The position numbers were made by a program, and so were the translations under genes. DNA of 64,000 nucleotides. It comes from a virus. The notes under the pieces are model-generated. The model had not been told where the DNA came from and ran no database searches. It worked only from the letters and a program-made list of their open reading frames with translations. Positions 37,401-46,000 of the stretch are shown piece after piece. The stretch's first letter is position 1. Every line of letters begins with the position of its first letter. The stretch is taken from the IMG/VR virus record IMGVR_UViG_3300045988_023906. One strand, given 5' to 3'.

Positions 37401-38614
37401 GAATTACAGAGGACTCTAAATTGATACAACTGGCTCCTGATGGAAGTGGATATATTAACACTAAGACAGGAAAGAAGTATTCAAGAATAACTTCAATAAT
37501 TCAAGCAGATGCTGAAGCTGGTAATAGATTTGACCCTAATAGTCCTTGGATATTACCATCTACAAATATAGGAACTAGTGTGGATGAATTTGTAAGAGAT
37601 TTCTTTGCTGGAGAGTTCCATGAGGATGGTAAATTAATAAGTGATTTCTTCTATGACTATCCTAATGCTACTAATGCACAATGGAAACATTTTGTGCAAG
37701 AACTCCAAAGTCTGAAAAATTCTTTTGATGCTATGGGATTGACTATAATACCTAGAGATGTTACAGTTACTGGTACATTAAATGTTACAGATTCTGAAGG
37801 AAAAGTACATACTATAGATGTTGCTGGAACACTTGACTTACTGGCCTATGACCAAGAAGGTAACTTCTATATCTATGATATGAAGACTGTAAGGAGTTCC
37901 ATAGACCAACATAAGGAAGAGAAGTATGCAAGACAATTATCTTTGTATAAGAAGTTCTTAGAGAATACTTATGGTATTAGTGTTAAGAGCCTGAATATTA
38001 TTCCTATACAAGTTGAGTACCCTGAACCTAAAGGTTGGAAGAACAGCACTAATGAATATACTGTAATAGAAGGTAATCAATTAGCTATTAATGGTGAGGA
38101 ATATAGAAATGCTAAGCCTCAGTTGTTTAGACCTAAGGAAGTAGGATATAGAGAGCCTAATATACAATATGAGAAATTAACTGATATTGAGAAGTCTCAA
38201 ATATCTGAAATAGAGAAGATGATTGAAGAAAAAGATGCTTCAGTAAATCAGACTAGTACTGAAACTATTACTCCTACTGAGACCAAAGAAGTTAAAGTTG
38301 AAGAAGTTACAGTAGCTGACAATACTGAACCTACAGTTGATTTAAATACAGGATTAAACATAGGAAAGGTTAAAGATAGAAGAAAGAAGAAGTCAGGTAC
38401 TAAGGTAAATCCTAAACCTACAAGGCTAATACCTTCAAGATTAACTTGGGGAGTTTGGGAAAACTTTATAACTGAGGATGGTGTATCATTATGGAATGAA
38501 GAAACCATTAAAGTACTAGAGTCTGTAGGATATACAGAAGAATCATGGAATCAACTTTCTGATGAAGAGATGGAGCATGAACTTAAATGTAAAGGAGTTA
38601 AAGTTCCATTCTAA
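31424..38614 (+). CDS. giant virion protein (2396 aa) with C-terminal PD-(D/E)XK nuclease-like domain
   Basis: Uninterrupted 7.2-kb ORF. Near the C-terminus it reads ..YSRITSII..GTSVDEFVRDFF....IDVAGTLDLLAYDQEGNFYIYDMKTVRS....KYARQLSLYKKFLE (D...D-x-K...QxxxY). Confidence 0.6.
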   Translation: MALEGLKGLTAQDRANWEKKYSAYLSGKSSDEIERMYRNEMFKAKFKGREDYSALKQMSPEERDAFYNKSYTDSIEAVRRSAKRYSANNDLFTVKSDATRVREPIRYELSPQEQEAFKAKSIAYDNAMRKYSSDYAKNAYDRDHAVKDIRTVAESVSPYYRKYKNTDYLPFTNNDWQNIATEYNAKRDAYGEESANIWLQGKMQDTASKNQSLFEKAWNGFVGMGASAAGALIGTYGMLKGAYDYVAGNYKDVKGLNGFENFMNSVMDNDITRFGNDVTQYGTIINLDEAKKSGLSELEVMQTQGQQSGSDSLFDQIFNVNTIPVAMQSGGFTAASMLAGYGEAKLAGWAFKGMKGATMLGKTGSTTQKLMQARNTLNSIQKAENFTNKFVIPGLAGTTEGVIEGLNTKLEVLEDSKKKIAEAQSKYVDRRFKELYEAEYNKRMQEAYNKSKLTRNRETGRMTSSFNPNKESKKILDDLYKQAWDEYSSKYKEALNQAEFAASKAGVNNFLVNSAINGVINQTLKAGLQSSTVQGTLQKSRLFNWATPKGKFDITGSGANTTVTPKYRAWKQTWNIAKEPLGEFTEEYLQSVSNATMSGGAANNIHQFIENKYNGDGSAEVGDYMAGDFTAALLSMGESMVDNETIKSGIYGAISSAMGTPVFRGGDYTKRVKGSDGKYHTEIDLSRREGESRLGHITRLMPWRSGITNAIRENAETKRQLYDDAKTLETWLRDPNNKAKFDGIVGTYNWAKQMESDAKSNDEFGYRNSLLGKTINDVFMLDKMRGTQYYDSFMNELITVANLEEGTEQANSYIKSMRDNINTQDSNVSDTEVLNQLKSNANKLLNTINTIQKESDKIDRTLGNVDEDTKQALIFGQMSLQDWDSRGKKIESELGNIASLITDSSKPVSNMSPELRDIVSRYGSLSRAKKVKEELSNSLQSISKDIDNLNNRKDNLTDSEKTILKEKKAKLKSINKVLNTLKSIDNVEEESTVLNDSEIMALPAIDRAIMMNKENLSNYSEEQRDIISNLIDRGTSKDINFYNKIQDAGRMELAKQSFLTQYNEILRDPNSFNMYVQRAKQAASDVLTKKKYESIDKISDYKDFALKMDKLMDNGSPREQRLIINALSKSNNSNYERYKNDRKTLEGLFNQIVNDDAFRDIDANDADMFALSLQYLSNNGVDLNDENAVVNSLSEVDSDGNSLFQKYVEDINSNSPDETKVVFTSIGEAIQTYKDVMQNYKRDEDERANNSKPVEVQSTTTEQSAPAKPVNPMPGIFGSAATTLEEANESAKKTVEEQSLPADNTTSATTDNTVESKEDKKSDEKPEPFDTSSRQESNNSIEEFRENSNDDIAKSAELGSRVIRNSSDNYSENAKNTAEEILNSFSKNEFENPDELSEALVQKANQLDTSADENDEDAMQASALLRQAASKITNQTQERKIKEKEEEERASENKKPSLFDRARQKTQDTNRSIFDNNSMSSLIDSSDIQWLRENYPDSPIVKYWDKNNIESFIRSGKLKTGKDATRVYFVTDNILAQEIKANMESNGANYTNLDIPIIAVVEDENGTLIIDNKKYQPIGTFPSTNTSNYKGVGNVGRIRELVGNQKSGKLIRDKNGNILTSTLASIVAKAPERVPVGKPNNNAQNLSFNTLSKEDQTSLRSVPKRDRYKNPIYAKMRKAFLDRLGFSESNKYLYVNVPNLKDSVKDFRVFIRSISNTVDRNSNKSIVELFNEGDINALLNSNSRLIKAGTVLDEMSSSFPDNSEITLDRVDGQLVPTSEFADRLNELSNTLTRKMNNYLILPNQNWKYVISPTEEILEDGRRMFSISISDGNTTILVGRITNGTMSPQTKFEFFRNLIMDGTETRKMGNFDFIKWQVEYPKSGNSIDTVKGNLANAFDDGILEMSNEGIEYKVKGIEVRSPFTSTGETIRPVEVSNPSNATPSTPVNTPTVSATDQVQSDKAIIDSETGTVLEGKVEEKTNVKLEAARVIADRITEDSKLIQLAPDGSGYINTKTGKKYSRITSIIQADAEAGNRFDPNSPWILPSTNIGTSVDEFVRDFFAGEFHEDGKLISDFFYDYPNATNAQWKHFVQELQSLKNSFDAMGLTIIPRDVTVTGTLNVTDSEGKVHTIDVAGTLDLLAYDQEGNFYIYDMKTVRSSIDQHKEEKYARQLSLYKKFLENTYGISVKSLNIIPIQVEYPEPKGWKNSTNEYTVIEGNQLAINGEEYRNAKPQLFRPKEVGYREPNIQYEKLTDIEKSQISEIEKMIEEKDASVNQTSTETITPTETKEVKVEEVTVADNTEPTVDLNTGLNIGKVKDRRKKKSGTKVNPKPTRLIPSRLTWGVWENFITEDGVSLWNEETIKVLESVGYTEESWNQLSDEEMEHELKCKGVKVPF

Positions 38615-38628
38615 GGCAAAAAAAAAAT

Positions 38629-38658
38629 AAGGCTAGGGAGGATAACCTCTCTAGCCTT
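38629..38658. terminator. bidirectional intrinsic terminator between convergent giant genes
   Basis: aaggctagggagg-ataa-cctctctagcctt gives a 13-bp stem with one G-U pair. It is flanked by A10 on the left and a T-rich tract on the right. Confidence 0.75.
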
Positions 38659-38668
38659 TATTGTTTTA

Positions 38669-41600
38669 TTAGTTTCTAACCTTTCTACCATACTCATAAG
38701 ATTTAGCTGCTTCATAGGGGTGTTCCCATACATAGTTACTTCTAAGATAAGGAAACATTCTCCAGAATTTAGCCTCCCATTTGGAATCTCCTTTCTCATA
38801 CATACCTTCTTTCTTAGATTGATAGTAAAATTCACTATTATCTTCATCAGCTACAAGGCTTCCACCAAATTGGTATGCCAGATTAGAAATATCTATAAGA
38901 CCACTTACACCAACAGGAATCATACTCATAAGATTTTGTGACTCATCAACCATACCCCAAGCAGTATTCATTGCAGACTGCTCTCTCAACAATCTAGCTG
39001 CAAAGTAGTAAACTATACCAGTAGTAGTGTCTACTTCCTCCTCAGATTCTTTGTCATCATCATCTCCACCACCTTTAGCAGTCAATATCTTTAGTAGAGT
39101 TAATGCAAGGATAAACATAGCATCACCCATATTTCTCCTCATATTATAATACTGATTAGCAGAGAATCCAGCATTAAGCATTGCTTGTTTTGTCTTCTTA
39201 CTAACTGGCAGTAATATGGCTCTCATAGTTAAACCAAAGCCTCCTCTATCAGTAAAAGTAGATGCAATAACTTTAGCTAAGCTTCTCATTGAACCCTCAG
39301 TTTCTCCACCAAGTATAGTATTATATTTGCTTGCACCATATCTTCTTTCAAGCATACCTAAGGCATAACCTCTCATGGCTAGCAACATATTACCAAACAT
39401 ATTCTGTTGGAAAGCTACTTTATCTTGGTTATTATAGATACCATGTAATCTGTTGTTTATTTCTCTGGCTTTATCCATGAAAGCAGATTCATCATCAATA
39501 GTCCAAGTAAGTTTATATGAATCCTCAAGTAGCTTTGTTTTAACATCTGCCATGTCAGCTAGATTATAGCCCTTGGAATTTATATAATCTAACTCTTCCT
39601 GACTAAGATTCAGCACAGAGCCAAAAGGGGAAGGGTTACTAAGAACATTATCTATCTGACCTATTATAGATTGTATAAAGTTATATTCTTTGACACCCTC
39701 TTTACTCTTAAAGAATGTGCCTTCTAGTTTAAGAGTTTTGCCATATTTTGGGTCTGCATTTCCACTTTCATCCTCAACATCTACTACCTTATAAGCATTA
39801 AATAATGATATTCTGTTGCCATTAGAATCATACAACTTAATTTTATTAGCTAAAGCAAGATAAGACATAGAAGACATGTAGTGCTCTCCTGCTTTATATG
39901 GTAGGAATAGGCTTTCTCCGAACATATTAAGTATCCTAGAATCTCTTGTGTGCCATGCTCTTTGGTTACCTCTATTTTCACTAAGTATATTAAAATGCCT
40001 AATCATTAAGGATACTTTATCTTCCTTAAATTCCTTTCCATATCCCCACCAATTCTGCATGAAACTTCCATAATAGGATTTATGTGCCTTGGCCCAATCT
40101 TTTACATCAAAGTATTCACCAGAGAAAGCTTCCTTAAATATTTCTATAGAACCAGTTCCAACATTGACCATACCACCTGCAATATTACCTCCTAAGAAGT
40201 ATTTACTTGCAAATCCAGTAAGAAATCCAAATAGTTTATTAAGCACTAGCTTATTGCCAATCTTCAGCTTTGGAACTCCAATACCATATACTTGTTTATC
40301 AAGAAATTTAAGGTATCTATTATAAGCCCTAGACTTATCCTTCAATCTACTTTCTTCTGAGTTAATACCTTCTACAGTCCTCCTATTAAGAACCTCCTTT
40401 CCAACTTCAAGAGTATCAACAACCTGACTCATAGCTGCATAAGAATTTGCCATTCCTGCATAAGCAAATGTAGAATAGAATAAGTCAGTAGATAGCTCAG
40501 AAGGGTCTTTCAGCTTGTTGACCCCATATAGAGGAACCCTATTAATCTTCTCCCTTTCAAATGCAAGTTGATTATGGAACATATCCTCATCTATAGTATT
40601 GTATGTCTGCTGACTTCCAAAATCAGTATCTTCACTGTCCTCACAGAAAGTATCTCTCATTTCAGTCATTACAGTATGTATAGTAGCCTTACTTGAATTT
40701 TCAAATAATCTCCTATTCCTAATCTTATTGGAGAATGTACCCTTGAATTGAGGCATTCTGTGTAAAGGCATACTACCTTCAGGCAGTCTACTATCCAAAT
40801 CAGCTTTAAGTTGCATATACTCATTAAGCCATTTTACCCTTTCAGGATATGGCTGTATATCTCTCTTATACTGTTCACTTTCATAGTCAGAGCTAGGAAT
40901 GTACATCTGCTGCTGATTGTCCCACTGACTATGGGCAATATGTGTTGCATCTCCCTTATGCCATATTTTAGCTTTAGGTTTAAAGAAGTTATCCCATAGC
41001 AATGCTTTTTCAAAGTCAGATTTTCCATCAAGATTAGGGTACTTTTGGTTAAACTCCTCTATACTTTGTTTCTTGAAGTCTAGCCAGTCATTTTCATAAT
41101 CTCCCCAGCAGTATGCTGATATAATGTTTCCTGTTATAGTACCATCCCTGTTACTTCTTTCAACAAAAATATCAGTATTACTCAGCTTAATATCTTTTAA
41201 CCTAGACTGTAATACCCTAAGTTGGTCCTGAGCTTGAATAGTCATATCATCTGCCCACTTATTAGCTAGCTTCACAGTCTTATCTGCTAACTGACCTATA
41301 ACATCTGAATTGTTAGACATAGATGCAAGGAACCTTTCAAACAGAGATATATCACTCTCCAAGTCATTCATCAAATCTGATATAGGAATGTCCTCTGAAT
41401 CTCTATACTCAATAAGCTTGTTATTGCCTCTACCTTTCCAATTGAATATGACTCTGGCTGCTCTTGTAATATATTTATTGCCATAGTTAGCACCTTCAAG
41501 GAATTTAAGGAAGAATTGACTTTCCTTATTCTTGAGTTCATTAATCAATCCATTTCTACCAGTAAGTAGCTTGTTCAACTTATCAGTAATATCTAATAAG

Positions 41601-43090
41601 TTATATGATACTCTGTTACCAAGAGAGTCAGTAATTATAACATTCCTTGTATCTCCAAGTAATCTATTTGCCCCAGATATGTTAGAGGTAGATGAGTTTA
41701 TAAGGTCTATTAATGCAAGAGCATTCCTAGCAAATGCCCTAACAACTCTTAGTGCCTTAGCATTAGCTGGCATATTGGAGTTGAAGTCAGTTACATTATC
41801 AAAGTCAATTGATGCCAATATATCAGGTATCTCAGCTACCATTAAGTCACTCATTAGTGATATAGCTTCTGTTATCCCTTCAAGAGCAATTGAATCTGCA
41901 AATGAAGAGGGCACATTTAAGTTTCTACCACTCTCAACCTGGCCCACTATATTATTGAATTTATCAAATAATGTATTACTGATAGACTTCATCTCTGAAG
42001 CTTGCAATTTAAGCCTGTTCACAGCCTGCTTGAATACTTTAACATTAAAGGAAGTAGGAGCATTATATAAGGTCTCCTTGGTTTTAATAGCCTCTTCTAC
42101 ACTACCTGTAAAGTTGGGAGACATAAATCCCTTAGCTATCATATCTGCAATTCTTTCAGCCTCTAATGCAGCATTGGCAATGCTATCTCCTTTTATGCTA
42201 TGAAATATTCTCTTGGCTGTATTGACTATTCTCTTAACAAGAGATTGCCAAGGTGCTCTATCATCTATATTACCTGCTATAGCCTGACCAACTAAGGTAC
42301 CAGCTATCTCTCTTCTGGAAGACTCTCCTAGATATTTACTATCATACTCATCCCCTACTATCTGCTTTTGTACCTCTGGAGTTAATAACCTCATAAGCCT
42401 CTCTACTAGAGGGGAATTTCCTAAGGCACCTATAGCAAAGTGTCCTGCCTCTTCTGCCAATACACCAGTTACATTTTTACCATTAGCTACTTGTATTAAC
42501 TGATATAGGCCATCAGCAGTCTTCTTGGCATTTTTAGTACTATACCTTCCATTTACCTTCTCATCATTCTCAATGAATTCTATACTGACTCCAGCCTTAT
42601 TCAGGTAGTATTTAATCCTGTCTTGAAGAGTCCTATTAGAGATTTCCTGATTAAGGGCTAATTCATTGGAAGGATTCTTCTCAACTACAGATAAGTAATA
42701 CTTACCATCTGTTGTAGATTTAATGGTAGCCATAAATTCATTATTAAACTGGCTGTTTCTATTAAAAGATTGCAGTCTGTTTACTGCTTCCTCATAATCA
42801 TAAATGCCAGAGTTTATATCCTTATTCAGAGTATTAATCAATGTATCTTTGTCTACATTAAGCTTAGCAAGACTTCTCAATGATTGGAAAGTAATTTCAC
42901 CATTCTCATCAAACTTAGCACTTCCTTGTACCTTTTCAAGAAATTTAGGATTAATTCCTATACCATAATACTCCTTTGCAAGTTCCCTATTATTAGAAGT
43001 GTAGTGAAGCAGGTCTTTGAATAACCTGCTTTCTACTACTTCACCTTTAGAGTTTGTGCAATGAGCATAAATTGAACATTTATCTGCCAT
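38669..43090 (-). CDS. giant virion protein (1473 aa), RNAP-block partner
   Basis: Uninterrupted ORF 1 nt downstream of the RNAP gene. It has a degenerate zincin-like AEEAGHFAIG around residue 213 and C-terminal hydrophobic/Gly-rich segments. Confidence 0.5.
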   Translation of the reverse strand: MADKCSIYAHCTNSKGEVVESRLFKDLLHYTSNNRELAKEYYGIGINPKFLEKVQGSAKFDENGEITFQSLRSLAKLNVDKDTLINTLNKDINSGIYDYEEAVNRLQSFNRNSQFNNEFMATIKSTTDGKYYLSVVEKNPSNELALNQEISNRTLQDRIKYYLNKAGVSIEFIENDEKVNGRYSTKNAKKTADGLYQLIQVANGKNVTGVLAEEAGHFAIGALGNSPLVERLMRLLTPEVQKQIVGDEYDSKYLGESSRREIAGTLVGQAIAGNIDDRAPWQSLVKRIVNTAKRIFHSIKGDSIANAALEAERIADMIAKGFMSPNFTGSVEEAIKTKETLYNAPTSFNVKVFKQAVNRLKLQASEMKSISNTLFDKFNNIVGQVESGRNLNVPSSFADSIALEGITEAISLMSDLMVAEIPDILASIDFDNVTDFNSNMPANAKALRVVRAFARNALALIDLINSSTSNISGANRLLGDTRNVIITDSLGNRVSYNLLDITDKLNKLLTGRNGLINELKNKESQFFLKFLEGANYGNKYITRAARVIFNWKGRGNNKLIEYRDSEDIPISDLMNDLESDISLFERFLASMSNNSDVIGQLADKTVKLANKWADDMTIQAQDQLRVLQSRLKDIKLSNTDIFVERSNRDGTITGNIISAYCWGDYENDWLDFKKQSIEEFNQKYPNLDGKSDFEKALLWDNFFKPKAKIWHKGDATHIAHSQWDNQQQMYIPSSDYESEQYKRDIQPYPERVKWLNEYMQLKADLDSRLPEGSMPLHRMPQFKGTFSNKIRNRRLFENSSKATIHTVMTEMRDTFCEDSEDTDFGSQQTYNTIDEDMFHNQLAFEREKINRVPLYGVNKLKDPSELSTDLFYSTFAYAGMANSYAAMSQVVDTLEVGKEVLNRRTVEGINSEESRLKDKSRAYNRYLKFLDKQVYGIGVPKLKIGNKLVLNKLFGFLTGFASKYFLGGNIAGGMVNVGTGSIEIFKEAFSGEYFDVKDWAKAHKSYYGSFMQNWWGYGKEFKEDKVSLMIRHFNILSENRGNQRAWHTRDSRILNMFGESLFLPYKAGEHYMSSMSYLALANKIKLYDSNGNRISLFNAYKVVDVEDESGNADPKYGKTLKLEGTFFKSKEGVKEYNFIQSIIGQIDNVLSNPSPFGSVLNLSQEELDYINSKGYNLADMADVKTKLLEDSYKLTWTIDDESAFMDKAREINNRLHGIYNNQDKVAFQQNMFGNMLLAMRGYALGMLERRYGASKYNTILGGETEGSMRSLAKVIASTFTDRGGFGLTMRAILLPVSKKTKQAMLNAGFSANQYYNMRRNMGDAMFILALTLLKILTAKGGGDDDDKESEEEVDTTTGIVYYFAARLLREQSAMNTAWGMVDESQNLMSMIPVGVSGLIDISNLAYQFGGSLVADEDNSEFYYQSKKEGMYEKGDSKWEAKFWRMFPYLRSNYVWEHPYEAAKSYEYGRKVRN

Positions 43091-43091
43091 A

Positions 43092-46000
43092 TTAACAAAC
43101 TTTTTCTCCTGTATTATCAGTTAAACCACTATTTTGAATCTCATTCCTTATTGCATTGACAGTGTCTGATAGGTCTACATCTGACTGACTATTAAGATAC
43201 TCTTTTATAGATTCCACTTGTTCAGCCATGAATTCTCCATTCTTGATGCCATAATCAATTATCTGATTGATAGCTTCTTCTCTATTGAAAGAGTTAGGAG
43301 TATTTTCAGGAATAAATTCCTGAGAGCTATTACCTTCCATATTGTTATCATATTGCTCATTGTCTGTCAATCTAGATTCTGAGTCAGATACATATTGAAG
43401 GGATTTATTAGTGGTACCTAATTGAGATACCTTATAATAGGTTATAGACCCATCATAACTTACATTGAACTTATCATTGCTACTATCACATATATATGTT
43501 ATACCATTTACTACTATACATGGTCTGAATGCCACACAGTTCTTTGGTAATGTACTATCCTTAATAGTATAGTTCTTAGCATCATCACCAAGTTTATTGA
43601 CATCTAGAGTAAAGTTAGAAACAGCTTCACCATTCTTATAAACTAATGTTTTAAGATATTTAAGATTGCTTCCTTTTGCTGTAAATACCAGTCTCCTGTT
43701 ATCAAGATGATTCAATATATACTGTTTAGCAAACTTCTCACTATTAGCAGTAACAGTACCTTCCTTAACATCATTAAGGAAGTCTACATAACTCCTTTCA
43801 ACCCATGCACCATTTCCATCATTAGCACTAGAATCCCACTTTCTTCCTACTTTGATAGCAAGCTTCAATTCAGTAGGAGCAAGGTTCATAAAAGCTAAAG
43901 GACTGAATGTAAATCCTAGCTTATAGAAATTGTACATGAACAAGTCTCTAGCTAAGTCAGGCTCTGTTTTAAGTAACTCTGCCCAACTTTCTTTCAACTC
44001 ATCTTTCTGATAAGGAGCAAGTCCACCTATTCCCTGTACATTCATACTTATATCACCAGTCTTTTCATTGGTAACAAACTGCATATACTGGAATAAAGGG
44101 AGAGACTTCAAATCAGGATTACTTTCAAGAGTATTGAATACTTCTTTAGCAAAGTGTTTAGTATAATATTCTCTGGCTGGAATACCATCTTTAGTAGGCA
44201 TCTCACCATTAAATAAACTATCCTCTTGCTGAGAAAGCATATAAACAAGCATATCACTATGGATACTATTGATTGTATCAGCATCTAAGAAATTACTCTT
44301 AGTAAGTTCTGCTAATCTATTTCTAGCTCCACTATATGAAGGAGTATTATATGGATAGTAACTGTTAAGTAACATACCAGCTCTCCTGTTCATATCATAC
44401 ATAGCCTGTTCATAAGCCAAAGGATTCTCAATAAGACTTTTAAGATATTCCTGATTACTTCCTTGCAAGTTGGTGTTATTGGTTATAGGAGAATCTATAA
44501 TATCTGTAACTTTCATATTTACAGACAAAGCATTCTTACCATTCTTAACAACAAACTTATCAATATAATTCTTGACTTTCATCTGTTGAGAATATAAATC
44601 ACCAAAAGTAGAACCAACTGCATTAGAAGCTGTAAACTTAGATGAAGTAACAAACTGGGAAATATCACCTGCTACTGTCTGAATCTGAGAGAATAATTCT
44701 GCTACTTTCAATTGGTCAGCCTTGAATGACTGATTATCCATAGCATTCTTACCTTGCTCTCTCATAACTCTATCATTGACAATATTCAATGCAAGTTTGT
44801 TGATAGAGAAGTCTTCATCAGGGTTAGCTTTAGGACTTTCTGTATCATCTCCCATATAGTTCTTAACTACTTCTCTCATTGCCATATCAGCAGTAACACC
44901 ATTATTAAAGCTATACTCACATATCTCTTTAATTATAGGTTGGTTAAATAACAAACCAATCTCTTGGGTTGTATAACCTATTCTAGCTAATACAGCACCA
45001 GCATCAGCAGTTATAGTATTCAAGTTCAAGAAATTCAATACAGGGTCTTTTACAGCATCTACAGAAGCTGCCAAGAACTCTGCAACATTCAAATCAACAT
45101 CAATACCTTTAGGAGCATGTAACAAATCATTATAACTATGACCAGCAAATCTAATAGGGTCCTTCAGAGTGAACTCACTCATTAAAGAGGAGAAAGCATG
45201 ATTAGTATTCTGATTAGCAAATATACCAATCAACTTTCCAGCTACTTGATTCTGCTGATTATAAGTAATGATAGTCATTGGGTCTGAAGGGTCATAGTTA
45301 GGTTCTGGGTCTGACTTACTATCTTTAGCTCTTTCAGCTATAGCATTGAAGTCTACAGTTCCTCTACTTACAATACCTTCAAGATTACCAAATAACAACT
45401 CTCTTAAAGTTCTGGCAGCCTTAGAAGCATTAGCAAATCCACCTGGAGTATATCTCTGCTCAAAGGTTTCATAGTCCATAAGTCTTTCTTGAATTAACTT
45501 TATAAGCATGTTATTTCTAGCAGCTCTAGTATTATCAAGTGAAGACTTACTGAAGTCATAACTCTCAAAAGAGATATAACCTCTATCAGCAATAAACTGT
45601 GCAAAAGCTTCTTTATAACTGTAAGGCAGTCCTACTTTATCCCAATACTTGTAAAGTCTGTTAAGAGATTCAGTATCTTCTTCTCTAGCTTCCTTCAAGA
45701 CATCTTTTATGTTGGGATATGTTTCATAGAATTCCTTCCATATTTCAGCTACTTCAGAAGATGATAATTCTCTCTGTCTATACTCATTTCTCATGAAGTA
45801 CAGCTTATCAATATCAAAGTCAAATCCTGCAATAGTAGTACCTTGTGCTGGAACTTTGATAGTACCTCCTGCTGTTTTCTGACTGAATCTTTTCACTCTA
45901 AGATTAATCATAGAGTAATCTCTTTCAGTAGGAATTCTATAAGCAAGGATACTTAAAGCATTAGGGAATTTCTTTTCAAGTAATGTGTTACCATCCTTAT

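Noticed and set aside
36187-37461. Long antisense ORFs inside the giant genes (36187..36663, 36832..37461, 41532..42203, 48136..48570, 27312..27728, 14930..15361, 8685..9134, 7189..7578 and similar)
   Set aside because: They are shadow ORFs of long, confidently coding frames. Their translations are low-complexity (L/S/I/F-rich) with no motifs.
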